Source: Octopus sinensis
Lineage: Eukaryota
Assembly: GCF_006345805.1 (NCBI RefSeq)
Contig: NC_042999.1
Span: forward strand, 174,220,001 to 174,284,000
Direction: 5' to 3'
DNA: 64,000 bases
Made by a program: the position numbers and the translations under genes
Notes under the pieces: generated by a model
Told to the model about the DNA's origin: nothing
What the model saw: the letters and a program-made list of their open reading frames with translations, nothing else
Databases searched by the model: none
Part shown: in pieces, positions 39,238-54,329 of the stretch
Layout: each line of letters begins with the position of its first letter
Numbering within the stretch: the stretch's first letter is position 1

Positions 39238-39836
39238 TATATGTATGCATGTTTGTGTATATGGACATACATACATATATACAAACATGCGTAAATATAC
39301 GCGTAGGTTTGATGTAGATGTCTATGTATGAATGTATATTTAAGGATATAAGTATGTTTGTACATTTATATATGTGTGTACATACATACACAAATACATA
39401 CATATATACATATATTTATTTGTATCTATAAGTACTTATATGTGTGTGTGTATACAGGTGCATGTGTGTCTACGAGAGAGAGAGAGAGAAAGAGAAAGAG
39501 AAAGAGTGTCTGTGTGAGAGAGAGTGTGTATGAGAGAGAAAGATGAAAACATACTTTTATAATATCTTCTTGTTCAACGACAAAATTAACATCGGTTCTT
39601 ACATAAATTTTCTGCCGCATATTATTCCCACATTTCACGTCTGAACATATCTAAATATTTATATTACATCACAATATATTCAACAATTTATAGTATTCTC
39701 GAGAGCAGCATTTTCTCTACATGTTTGGGTTCTTTGTTTTTCTTTTCTTTTTAATCTCTTTTATTCTTACGATGATTGCGATTATTGTTGTTATTACAAG
39801 TGGTAGCTGTGGCGAAGGTAATGGTGGTAGTGGTGC

Positions 39837-39889
<53 letters not shown>

Positions 39890-40114
39890 TTTTCACGCTC
39901 TCATAATAAACCGAGAATTCCCTTGTTACTTTTACTCATGCCACTCAGATGATTTGATCATAATGAAAGGTGTATTGATGAGTTACAATAGCGAAGCCAT
40001 AATAAGATCTCTCTTTATCTCTCTCTCTCTTTTTTTTTCTTTATTTATTTCTCTCTCCCTCTCTCTCTCTCACTCTCTCTCTCTCTCTCTCTCTCTCTAC
40101 CTTTCTCTATTTCG

Positions 40115-40158
<44 letters not shown>

Positions 40159-40188
40159 CTGTCTATTTCGCTATATATACATATATAC

Positions 40189-40293
<105 letters not shown>

Positions 40294-41481
40294 TATATAT
40301 ATATATATATATATTATATATTATTATATATATATATATATTATATATATATATATATATTCTGTCTATTTTGTACATAAACATTTAGCCTTTCTACGTT
40401 TGGTATCGCGAGAATGATCTACAATTGAATTCATTCATAATATTGACGCATTTCGAACTTGGCATTTAAAGAATATTCCTTTGCAAAAATATTTTTGTCA
40501 TTTGCCGAGGGAATTTTTCTAAGACTGATTCAATTTGCTTTGAAATTATAATTTAAATAAAACAATCTATTACCACCATTATATATACCACCACCACCAC
40601 ATTCGCTTCATAATTATCACAGTCCATCACACCACCAACATCGTATAATTTCGCCGTCTTTTCGTATCCTCAAATCTCTTTGGCTCTGCTTCTCGAAATT
40701 ACAGAAATGTCTACATTTTCTAAAAGATTTGTGTTTTTGTTTGTCATTATTTGGTAGAGGTGGAATTTTTCTGCCTTCTTCCATATATTCCGAGAGATAT
40801 TTTGGTGAGCTGTCTCTATCAGCAACTTTTCCTTTCTTTAGCTATCTCTCTATCCATTCATTCATCTATCAATCTACGATACTTTCTCTCCCTCCTTTCT
40901 TCTCTTGCACATATCACATCTCTTTAAGTATCTCTCGCCGCTCGATCAGGCGTATCTGTGTATATATATATATATATACGAACACATATGCACTCATACA
41001 GATACATGCATGTGTCGTGGAATGAATGAATAGATGTATGTGTATTTAGTTAAAGTCAATATTTTATGGCGATTTTAAGAAAAACAACAGATTTGCTGAT
41101 TCATCGGATAAAATTATGATAAAATTCGTTGTCACCGGAAATATAACTTTCACCAGGCAGCTTATTTAACTAGCGAAAAAACAGTTCTGATACCTATAAA
41201 GGGAATTGATGGAAACTCTCATTAATTGAAAGGGATGCTGAACATAGTGAACTATAGTTGTAATGAAAATTCTAAATAACACGAGCCTTTTTATGAGTTG
41301 TGTTTTTTGTTATTAGCTTTTGTTATTAGCTTTTTTTTTTTTGTAAGCGCAAAAATCTGATGAATGTGTTAAAAGGTCAAATAAATATGTTAAAGGGGGC
41401 TGAGTTAAGAAGTAAAATGAAAGGAAGAATAACGAAAAGGATGAAGGAAACAAAAGATAATGAAAAAATGATGGTAAATGA

Positions 41482-42000
41482 TTCCTTATATCCTTAAATC
41501 CTTAAAACATTTTCAGTTCGAAAGCTGCGACCATGCTGGGGCACCACCGTTGAATGTGCTACACTAGTATGTGAAACCACCTCTGATACGTGGCACTTGG
41601 TCAACAAGGGCGTTCGACGCCGCTGCCCGCATCTGTGTTTCCTGCCGAGAAGTAGGTTCATCTGATACACCTGACAAGAAGAGATCCAATTTAGTTTTAA
41701 AGAAACCCACATCCACACCATGCAGGTCTCTCAGGCATTTAGGAACGATATTGAAGAGCTGTGGTCCCCTAACACCCAAGCTGTTGCAGTATCTGGTCCT
41801 ATATTTTGATGGTGATGTTGAGATCTTTGGCACCATGCAGTGCGCACCGTTCTGCTGTTGGGGTAACTTTCAATGCCAAAATTCAGGACAAGGCCCTTCA
41901 GGATTTTCCAGATGTATATCACTGCATATCTCTCCCACCTTCGCTCCAGGGGTTGTCAATGAATGGTCCAAGTAAGAAATAGGAATGCAGACGTGTTGTT
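41482..42000 (-). mobile_element. CR1/L2-group LINE 3' fragment with 3' UTR
   Basis: IYIWKILKGLVLNFGI..; RTRYCNSLGVRGPQLFNIVPKCLRDL..FKTKLDLFLSGVSDEP..RAAASNALVDQ; short UTR and (TTAAGGA)-like tail. Clade assignment is tentative. Confidence 0.8.
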
Positions 42001-42349
42001 TCTACTGTAATAATCTAGGTGAAAAAAGGCTATCATAGGTATCTTAAATATTTAAGCTTTTGTGTTTTAGTTATGTTTTGTGTGTGGATCGGTCTTAATT
42101 TATGTATTTATTTCCGTGTAGAAGTGTGAATGATATTATGCTGTTTTTATGTATTTTTGTAGAACATAAGACTAAATTTCAAATGAAGGGAGAATATCAA
42201 AGAAATAAATATTACCATGGTAAATTAAAATTATTATTTATAAGTTTAATGACATAGAGGCTTCAGTTTAGAATTTTCTTGATAAAAATTAAATGTTACG
42301 TTGTGTATTTATCTTACAAAAGATAAACACGATTGCTTTTATCATTTAT

Positions 42350-42640
42350 AATTAACTTGTTTCAGTCATTAGATTGTGGCCATGCTAGGGTAACGCCTTG
42401 AACAATTTGTTTTAGTCGAATGAATCGACCACCGTACTTTATTTATTTATTTTTTTTTTTTGTTAAGCCTGATAGTTATTCTATCGGTTTCCTTTTTGCC
42501 GAACCGCTAGATTACGGGGACGTAAACACATCCCAACACCTATTGTCAAGTGGTGATGGGGAATTTACACACACACAAGCACACAAACACAGACACACAC
42601 ACTTATATATCTGCTTGAGGCTATAGTAGAAGGCGTATTT
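42350..42640 (-). mobile_element. SINE family B, 3' portion
   Basis: TTGTTTCAGTCATTAGATTGTGGCCATGCT...GCCGAACCGCTAG. Confidence 0.8.
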
Positions 42641-44125
42641 GTATTAATCTGTGTATAGTAACTTTAATGATCTAAAATACGAATATTCATATGCTCCTGT
42701 AAATGTACGTGGGTATGTATTTAGCTTGTTTGTATTAAATACACACACACACACACACACACACATACATATATACATGTGTGTGTGCGTATGCGTGTGT
42801 GTGTATGTGTGTGTGACTATGGTATTGTACAAAGGTCATTGAATATAGTTTAGTGTTTCTTATAAAAGATAAATAGCAAAGATATATCTCTGAAATTAAT
42901 ATTAAGATACAATAAAAAGAGCAAAGAATGAAGATGTGTTACACCTTATGTTAGTATCTATTTTTTAAATTAGCTCGCTTAACATATAGTCATGAACACA
43001 GGTATGGCTATAATCGTATTTATATATGCCTATACAACTGAATGCACTGTATATTTCTATTTGCTGTATATATAAGTATGGAGCAATGCATTTTATATAA
43101 GTCTGTGTTTTGAGATATATGTCTTAAACTTTATCAATATACCATAATAAGAAACATAGGTTTTTCTTAATGACAGGTACTGTAGATTGCTAAAATATAA
43201 TGCAATTTCTCACAGAAGCAGAGTCAGTATGTACCAAATGAAAATTAGTATAACAGTACCTTGTCAAGAATGTTCAATATTACATTGGAGAAGTCGTTTT
43301 CTTGATCTTATAGTTTCCAGGTTAAAAGGACCATATACAGGTTGAGTTCTTCTTGTCCTATATTAGAAGCAGTGCATATGATGTGAAAATCTTCCATGAA
43401 AGCATTATCTAGCTGCCTGGTGTCTCAGATGCCTCCAGACACTTTGAAGTGTTTCTTTGATAAGCAGGATCCACCCAGTGGGTTGTTGGTAGAATTTCAG
43501 AAATTACAAGTGAAATACTATGTGGGTGCATGCTTGCTTCTGTTATATTTTACAGTGCTGGAAATGATTTTATTTAAGCACCAGTAGCTAGCCATGACAT
43601 TATGAGAGTTGAAGACTTTATTATAACTATGAGTTCTTGAGAACTGCTAGCTAATTACTATCAAGAGGCTCCAAGCTTTATTAATATAACCATCTTGATT
43701 AAATAGAGAATTATACCAGATTAAATATTTTCTAACTCTTGTCATGTTTTGGGATGGGCTCTTTATAATATTCTCTTAGGTATATAAATGCCTGAATAAA
43801 TATATACTCATATGTGAACTTGAATGCTAACATAAAAAACCTAGAGAAGTTTGCCAAAATACAAACACAATTATATCTACAGCCAAGCAAGCATGGAGCA
43901 TAGGGAATATGTCAATTTGGTATCAATTAATTGTTGAAATTCTTTTATATTCTTTCACCTTTTAACCCTTAAAAGTAGTATGTGTGTGTATATGTGTATA
44001 TGTGTGTATGTGTGTATGTGTGTGTGTGCGTGTACAATTCAAATTTACAGAAAACAAAAGACGAAGACAGTTGTAGGAACAACAAGCAAGTATATATGTG
44101 TATGTGTGTGTGTATTTAAGTATAA

Positions 44126-45582
<1,457 letters not shown>

Positions 45583-46621
45583 GGGACAGGCTTACATACA
45601 TATACATAGACAAAAATATATAAAGAACATTAATACGATTGAGAGATATTAATGTTAGTGGCCGCAAGCTAAAACCGTATAGGCCAAATGAAAATTATAG
45701 GCAAAGATAGTGTTAACTTTAGTGGCTTCGGAGTGCGCCCTTGCTATATATAATTCTTGCCCCAGCATGGCCACAGTCTAATAACTGAAACGAGTAAAAG
45801 ATAAAAGATATCTATTAATTTTTGTCTATACGTTTCTAGCTTGCGGCCACTTACATTAGTATCTTTCATAAGTATTAATGTTCTTAATATATATTTTTTT
45901 TTATAATTTGTATTCACTCAATTCGTTTTTCTCATGGCGGTTTGGGCACTGAAACAAACACAGACATTGGTTAAAATGATATATAAGAGTTTGTTACTAG
46001 TAGACTTGGCTGAGGAGAATCAAGCGTATCTTAGCACTAAATTCGAAATCATGATATCAAGTTAACTGACATCACCTCTTGTAATTTTGCAGAGGTAAGA
46101 CGTAAACCTTATTTCACCTAGTTTTTTTTCCAATATGATCGAATGTCACGCATCCATTTTATCTTTATAATTCCGATGCGCACTCTATCCCTCATTATTC
46201 TTTCTATATATCTCCCTCTCTTGTTCTTCTTCCTTTCCGTTTTTCTCTCCCACCCTTTCCCTATTCTTCTCACCTCCCCTTCACCATTCCCCCTCTCTCT
46301 CTCTCACTCTTCCTCTTTGACTCTCTCGTTGTTCTTGCTCACGCGTGACCAACGGCTACCCATCTTTTTTTCTTCCATTTAGTCTTACAGCTGTTTCCGG
46401 GATATTAAGGATATCCCTTTCACCAGAGACGATGTGAGATGGTTAAATAGAGGGAAATATTAGAGTTCAATATAAGGAGTTATTTGGAAAAGGAAGGAAA
46501 TGAGGAGTATTTTCCCTATTTACTCCTTATTTCCTACCTTCCATTTGAGCGTCTTTTTCTGTTTCTCTGTATATATATATATATAAATATATATATATAA
46601 ACAGAAAAAGACGGTCAAATG

Positions 46622-47165
46622 TGCAGGCATAGCCATATAGTTAACAAGCGCGCTTTGCAATCACGTGGTTTCGGGTTCTGCCCCATTGCGCGGAAATTAG
46701 GTAAGTGCCTATTCTACTCTAGGCGCAACGCCTAAAACTTTGGTGGAAGGGGCCAGTTGATTAGATCGACGCCAATATTCAACTGCTACTTAATTTATCG
46801 ACCCCGAAAGGATGAAAGGTAAAGTCGACCACGTCGGAATTTGAACTCAGAACGTAAAGAAAGACGAAAAACTTCTAAACATTTAGCACGGCGTGCTAAC
46901 GTTTCTGCCAGCTCGCCGCCTTAAGTAAGTGCCTTCTACTATCACCCTAGATGTGTATGTGTGTGTGTCTTTCTGTTTCTTCTTCCACCGCTTGACAACC
47001 GGTGTTGGTTTGTTTATGTTCCCATAACTTAGCGGTTTAGAAAAAGAGCGGCAGAATATATACCAGATTTTTAAAAAGAACTAATAGTAGAGTCGATGTG
47101 TCCGACTAAGCCCTTCAAGGTGGTGGCCCAGCATGGTTGCAGTCCAATGTCAGAGACAAGTAGAG
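46622..47165 (+). mobile_element. SINE family B interrupted by a family A copy
   Basis: B head at 46622-46710, B body resumes at about 46925; duplicated GTAAGTGCCT at 46701-46710 and 46925-46934. Confidence 0.8.
46711..46924 (-). mobile_element. SINE family A (tail type 2) nested in family B
   Basis: TTTATCGACCCCGAAAGGATGAAAGG...CTGCCAGCTCGCCGCC. Confidence 0.88.
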
Positions 47166-47364
47166 ATAATAGAAATACGGACATATATATATATATAAAC
47201 ACCAAAGCAACCAAATGAAATTACTATATATATATATATATATATCAAAAGTGTGTGTTCGTGTGAGTATTACACCGTCACTCATTCATCAAACCGTTTA
47301 TCTTTCTCTTGCTGTATCTATCTCTCCTTCCTTCCGTCTGTCGTTCTAGCTATCACTATCTCGC

Positions 47365-47411
<47 letters not shown>

Positions 47412-47699
47412 TTGTATTCCCAGGCTGATAGTTTAACAGTTGTTAAGTTTATTGATTGCATTTCCTATTTCCCAACTCCGAAAAAATATACAGGGAATAT
47501 CTTTTGTTAAAACTAATAAACACATTTCTATTATTCTACTTCATGTAAAACTTTTGCTATATTTGGGGCATTTATGTTATTTATTTTCCATCATTCTTTT
47601 GTTTGTTTTTTTTTTATTTCTATCTCTGTTTCTCTCTCGAAAATATCTTTATTCTCCATTTTTCCATCTTATGGGACTTGTTTTCCTTTTTCATTTGCT

Positions 47700-47970
47700 T
47701 CCCCCTCCTCATCATCTTCCTCCTCCTTCTTCTTCTTCTTCTCCTAACTACCACTACTAATACCAACGCGGCCGCCACCACCACCACCACTAACACCACA
47801 TGTTTTTCTTGTTCTAAGACTCCAAGATATTTTTGTTCTTGTTCTAACTGTTCTCCTCTGCATCATTTCTTTTTCTTCTTATACTCCTTCACTGCTCTCT
47901 TGTACATATTCTTGTTATTCTCCTTCTTTTGCTATGATAATAATAATAATGATAATAATAATAATTATTA

Positions 47971-48016
<46 letters not shown>

Positions 48017-48200
48017 TCTTCCTTGTCCTCTTTACCTCCTTGTTCTTCTCGTTCACTTTACTCTGCTTATTCTTATTCTTATTCTTCGTCTTCGACTTCT
48101 GCTTCTTCTTCTTCATTTTATGTTGTAACTGTTTTCTTTTTTTTATATAATTTCTGTTGTTCTGTTTATTCTTGTTATTTTGTTGTTGTTCTTGCAATCG
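47700..48200. repeat. Mosaic triplet repeats (CTT/CAC/AAT/ATT/TTG)
   Basis: Direct; produces the spurious 260-aa ORF 47603..48385. Confidence 0.9.
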
Positions 48201-48483
48201 TTTTTGTTATTATTTCATTAAATCTGACTACTTCTATTTTTACTTTCACACAAGATGAATGCAATGTTAATAGTCAAATCAAAAATATCAGGATACTCTG
48301 CTCAAGATCAGACTTCGGACAATGTCCCAAAATCTCTAAGGAAAACAAAGCTTTTGTTAAAGAAAACAAAAGCAAAGCAAAATAAAGTCACAGAAAATAA
48401 CGAAATGTATTGATAGAAACAACACGTTGTGAAGAGATGTTCTTCTGCTCAAATTTACAGGCGCGCGCACATCTGCACACACG

Positions 48484-48541
<58 letters not shown>

Positions 48542-49377
48542 TACATACACTCACACAAATGTACATATACAAATGCATCGCAAATGATCGCAAAGTTTTT
48601 AATTTATGAGAAAATAGTTTGTTGTTATTGTTATTGTTCTTGTTCTTGATTAACCCAGGTCATTTTTTTTACTGGAACAAACCTATTCTTTTTTTTTTTC
48701 AGATACAGTACACAGTATATCTAAGGCTACATTGTTCAATGTGTTCCTCCACTTTTAAGACGGCAGATCGTGATTTAAAGGACTTTGACTGCTATTTCAA
48801 TCAGGTCGAACGGTTTCATAGAAACTACTTCGCTGGCTTGTTTCGAAGACGCTGCTATTGAGGAGTGGCGGTGCTGAAGGGGTTGTGGTTGGATATTGTC
48901 ATATCAGTTATATGATGGTTAATATGTTTAATTAATATGAGTTACATTTAATATGACAGGCTTAATTAATATAAAGGGTTAATATAAAAGGCTGTTGAAT
49001 GAAGTTGCTGATAAGAATTGGATTAAACATCTCATTTGTAAAATAATTAGTGGAATTATCACTGTTGCTATTGGTGGTCAGGGTTTGAGTTATTGCGAAA
49101 ATAAAGGTTTTGGTACTGACATTGTTTGCGTGATGATCAAAAGAATTCCAGTCGTGACCATCCTCTCCTTTATTGATGCAAAGAGCATCAAGGAGTACAT
49201 AATCGAATGTGTTGATATTTAAATACAAACAGTTTGAGATATTTGTAGGAGACGTCGCTGCCGTTTCAGCGAGATCACAAAAAATAACTTAGCTTCCAAA
49301 GCTGTAAATGAACACAGAGTGAGATAATAATCAAAAGCGTTCCGCCCATACCCATCCCATCAACTTACATTTCAGTA

Positions 49378-49778
49378 TACTCTTTACTCTTTTACTCTTT
49401 TACTTGTTTCAGTCATTTGACTGCGGCCATGCTGGAGCACCGCCTTTAGTCGAGCAAATCGACCCCGGGACTTATTCTTTGTAAGCCCAGTACTTATTCT
49501 ATCGGTCTCTTTTGCCGAACCGCTAAGTGACGGGGACGTAAACACACCAGCATCGGTTGTCAAACAATGCTAGGGGGACAAACACATACACACACATTCA
49601 TATATACATATATACGACGGGCTTCTTTCAGTTTCCGTCTACCAAATCCACTCACAAATCATTGGTCGACCCGGGGCTATAGCAGAAGACACTTGCCCAA
49701 GGTGCCACGCAGTGGGACTGAACCCGGAACCATGTGGTTGGTTAGCAAGCTACTTACCACACAGCCACTCCTGCGCCT
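49378..49778 (-). mobile_element. SINE family B, full length
   Basis: Tail (TTTTACTC)n-TTGTTTCAGTC through head CACAGCCACTCCTGCGCC. Confidence 0.94.
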
Positions 49779-50746
49779 ATATCTAGGATTACATTATATT
49801 ATTTGTACTTTTTTTCTAAACCCGCAGGGTGAGATTTGAAGGAAATGTTTTAGGTGTTGTTGTTGTTTAGCCTCGAGTGAAAGGTAAATCAACTATGACC
49901 ATCCAATCAGTTTCTTCTAGACATAATGTATCGGATATAATATAGGACATACCCAGTATGTCCTATATTTTTTTGATGGTACAGTGTGGTTCGAAGTTCT
50001 ATAGATTTATATTTCCAAAAGGTCGAGAGACCATGTAAATGCCTCTCATGTTTGATTGTGGTGTTATTAGTAGCTGCTTCTTCTTTGTTAATACGACCTT
50101 GATCATGCACCGAGCATCCTTATGATAAAATGTATTCCAGCCGCGTCTATCCTTCCTTTCTTGCCATTTTATAGTTTATATCAGGGACTACATCATCCTC
50201 CCTTTCTTTAAAGTTTTTTGTTGTGGCCTGAGAAAATTACGGTCGTGTGTGTATTGCTCTTAAGAGAGAAAAATAAGCTCAGCCGGGCCCATCCCGTCTC
50301 CCCTTAGGCATAATGCACATATAACATTATCCTTTATTTTCTAAAACTGTAGGGGATGATTTGAGGAATTTTTGACTGCTATATCTAGAATGTCTATTGA
50401 ATAGAGGCATTCCCTCAATTGGTTCATGACTACTGCGGGTTATTTTTCTAATAAAAAAAAAACAGTATTAACAAGAAAAGGGGAGTTACATTGAAAAATG
50501 TAGGTGTTTACTAGATGTAGTGAAATGTGGTACAAGTTAAATTTAAGTTGGAGAAGGCGGAGAAATTACAGACTGATTAATAACACAGCGCTGTCTTCTA
50601 AGCCGCCATATTTCTTCAAATGATTGCTTTTAATCATTTAACCAGAATGAAGATGAATATTGACTTTCCCTGAAAAATCCTCCCTCCCTCTCTTCTTTTA
50701 CTCTTTGCATTTCTGTGTGCATGTGTGTATGTGTATATATATATAT

Positions 50747-50860
<114 letters not shown>

Positions 50861-53029
50861 CTATTTAGCTATGCTATTTTTCGTAGCTAATCATTCTCTT
50901 TCTTAAGAACAAATACAATCGTTAAATTTGAATTGAATGATAAAGGGTGAAAAGTTCAATTTCAACAAAATGTTGTAACACTCACACGCAAAAGAACGCA
51001 CGCACACACACACACAAACACACATACACACACATACACGCACAACTGCATGCATACATAAGCTCACGCGCTTACGCACTGGCAACAAAAATACAGTAAA
51101 TATGACATTTTCGCTTCATTTTTCAAAGAAATGTGTAAAACGTTAACAGGTGTGAAATAACAAATGTTGATTAAGATCTGAGAATCGAACAATCAATTAT
51201 ATTATTTGATTAAAGTACAGAAGATCACTAAATTAAAACTGAAGAAAATGAGACTTTGTTATTAAAACAATAACGCATGTCGCTGAAGAGAGATATAATT
51301 AAAGAAGCGTTACAACAAAGTTATTTCCTTTCCTCTAAATGTGGATTAGTAGTAAGCTTGTTGCAGTCTTTACGTTGTTGCTTTCTGTTCCTTTATTTCT
51401 TATTTAAGTTCTTTTAGTACATTCCAAGAGTGAGAATTTGTCAAAGAGTTTATCAAAGGGCTCCGCTTTTAATGTAATCATAAAATGTTTGATATCAGCG
51501 CATTGACTTTTTGACATTTAGGACATGCAAGGTCTGAACAATTGACAGTTCTCTCAGAATTTTTGAAAGGGAAAGAACAAACAATAAACCTACGATAGAA
51601 TTATGCATGAATTGTTCGCTAATGTCATATAAAAGTCGAGCTTTTGTCTCTAAATAGAGGTGCTGCAGATTTAGTGCAGAGTGTGCAGGTTCATATTCCG
51701 TTACTGCCGCTGCTAATGCTACTATTGTTGCTGTTGTTGTTGTTATTAGCTTCAAATCAACCTTGATTAAGATCAACCGTGACCATTCAATTCCATTTTC
51801 ATATCCATTGTATCTAGGACTACAAAACTGATAGTTAATTCTCTTGCAAAATCGCAAAATCCCTCCCATCTTTATTTGTTTATGGGTTTTTCTTTTTCTT
51901 TTTTTAAGTAGTGACAGTTCGCCTAATATTTGATAGTATTATTGTAGTTTCCTCAAAACTCAGATTCCGTAGTTGAGACTTACGGCTAGGCATCCAGTTT
52001 GTATTGATGAACTGAAAAGTTGAATATGTCGCTCACAAAAAAACCTACAACAGAACTCAACTACAGAAGAATCTCATTTGAGAACCGCGCCATAATTCGA
52101 AAGGTAACTACTGATGTCTCACAGTATCTTCCTTAGTGGTTTAAATATTCCAACAATATCCTAGTTGCTTTAACTTCGCATCCTAGAGTAAAACAAATAC
52201 GAATATTTGCTGAGCCAAATCATTTCATCTTTATGTCACACTGACTGTGATCGAGTAGGAAATTAAAACTCTAGTTGGCTGTTGCTTTTGATACAGAACA
52301 TGAATGAGAAGACGTTCAGAATTTCCAATAACCCACAAGTCTATGAAACACATATTCACACACATCTACAAACGCATACACCGACACAAACACACACATA
52401 TGCACACGTACAGAACCACATAAATATACACACACATATACACACAAATATATATATATATACATGCACACATACATACATACATACATACATACATACA
52501 TACATACATACATACATACATACATACATACATACATACACTTATTGCCTTTAGAAACAATGACTGACGCAAGGCCAATTAGCTAAAATTCTAATACATT
52601 ATTCATTAGGCCACAAGGAAAACACTGGTTCTTCTATGTTAGATATAATGTCAGCGTTTGTAAATACTCGCTGACATCCCTGTTTTTGTTGTGTTTAAAC
52701 TATACTAACTTTTGTCCTGATTCTTAACACTGCCCAAGAAACAGAAGTCACAACCATAACCAAGAAAACAAAAGTCCAAGAATTGAAAGCATATGAAAAT
52801 GTCCTTGTGTTTCTCGAAATGTTTATAATAAAAAAATTAAGTGAATTTTTTTCATCCAGAAATTGAAACTGATAATAAGACTCAGCTCGTCAGTAGCTTA
52901 CCTTTTCCTATCATTTAAAGATTACTGTCATGGTAAAACTCATTCATACAATGAATATTTTATTGAATCAGTCAAAGTTAAGGATTAGTACACTTTATTT
53001 TATGAAGGCTGGTAAAATGCATTCTGGTG

Positions 53030-53340
53030 GTTATAGAAATACAGCCTTTTCTTGCAACCTTTTCAATAGAGTCAAAACTACTGAAAAGGTTGCAAGACGT
53101 AGCGAAAATTTTAGAAAAATGAAAAAGAAATAAGTGGAAATTTTACTGGTGAGTGTGTTAAATGATAAGGCACCAAAAGGGAATGACTATCCCCAGACAC
53201 AACAGAATATGCTTCAACACACGAACTCACATAAAGAATCTTGCAAACCAAATCCAAAAACAAACTATATCAAATTTGTTTATGGGAAACGTTTTGAATA
53301 TGCCGGCCACCGTCTAATGACGCTGACTAGTAAACCAGTT
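53030..53340 (-). mobile_element. Unclassified interspersed repeat, copy 2, with 20-bp terminal hairpin
   Basis: Reverse complement of 8690-8882; hairpin 53050-53069 / 53078-53097 with 1 mismatch and an 8-nt loop. Confidence 0.7.
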
Positions 53341-53483
53341 TGTCAGGATTGCATCAAGTTGTACTGATATAATGTGGGATAAATATAATAATAATAATAA
53401 CAATAATAACCACAATACTCGGTTGACTTTCATACTGGTAAAAGGGGATAATCATCCCTCTATCGTACAGCCACTAATGTTAT

Positions 53484-53617
53484 ATCACCTGAAGAAATGA
53501 ATCAATGATGATGATCAACCGGATGCCCACAGATACTACGGACTACACTGTAATCATCCCAGTAATACGGACTGTGATCGTAAAGGTCATGTGATTTGTA
53601 GAAACGCGCGTAGCGAT
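53484..53617 (+). ncRNA. Type-I hammerhead motif with about 105-nt stem II (PLE terminus)
   Basis: AUCAC-CUGAAGA-[53496-53600]-GAA-ACGCGCGU-A-GCGAU; downstream CCGAGCGTTAAACTAATACA is shared with the PLE terminus at about 37905-37930. Confidence 0.65.
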
Positions 53618-53855
53618 CCATTAAATGTTTATGAATTCCATCCATTTTATCCGAGCGTTAAACTAATACACCTGCTGGTTGTTCCAACCTGTGTTTTCTG
53701 ATAATTATATATATAGTATAAACTAAGGGATAAAATATCCGTATATACTATTGGTATTAGTTGCCCGTGTTATCACCGGGCATTGGTGTACAGGCGCATT
53801 ATGCACGTAGAGTGCAGGTAACAACAGGATAAACAAGAGTTTATCAGGAAACAAA

Positions 53856-54069
53856 TACAAATAATCAGAAAATGGAGAAAACCTCAGATTAACAAACACA
53901 TCGATTCGACCACATTTATAACTTATTGTTTAAAACGAAGCATGATATAACAAATAGGTGACGTCACCTATTTGTTATGCCATGCTTTGAATTAAAAAAT
54001 AAGCTAAAAATGTGGTCCAATCGATGTGTTTGCTAATCTGGGGGTTTCTCCTTTTTCTGATTATTTGTA

Positions 54070-54116
<47 letters not shown>

Positions 54117-54211
54117 AATAATTAGAAAATGGAGAAAACAGCAGATAAACCAAACACATCAGTTGGACCACATTTATAGCTTATTTTTTAATACAAAGCA
54201 TGACATAACAT
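53856..54211. repeat. Spacerless 214-bp imperfect palindrome plus a third copy of the same arm
   Basis: Arms 53856-53962 and 53963-54069 centred on GTGAC|GTCAC; third copy at about 54112-54211 after a (TA)n. Confidence 0.92.
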
Positions 54212-54329
54212 ATCTTACGGCCGTTACTAATCAGATTGCCAAAATGCAGTCTATCCATAAATGCAAGAATAAAATTCTTCATCTTCATAGGGCATTCGAA
54301 TTAAGGCAACGGAGCTTCATCAGAGTGAA
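54211..54329 (-). ncRNA. Degenerate hammerhead motif with 89-nt stem II
   Basis: CUGAUGA-[89 nt with UUGCC/GGCAA, AAUGC/GCAUU and AAGA/UCUU pairings]-GUA(for GAA)-ACGGCCGU-A; stem I weak. Confidence 0.5.

Noticed and set aside
47603-48385. Longest ORF (260 aa)
   Set aside because: Made of CTT/ATT/TTG triplet mosaics with poly-I/L/T/N/S runs; a low-complexity artefact.
48703-48861. Strong polypyrimidine-CAG acceptor and frame IQYTVYLRLHCSMC...
   Set aside because: Isolated, no recognisable domain and no good donor; RNA-seq would be needed.
51495-51869. 124-aa minus-strand ORF
   Set aside because: No recognisable motifs or splice structure, and partly a (CAA)n-derived tract.
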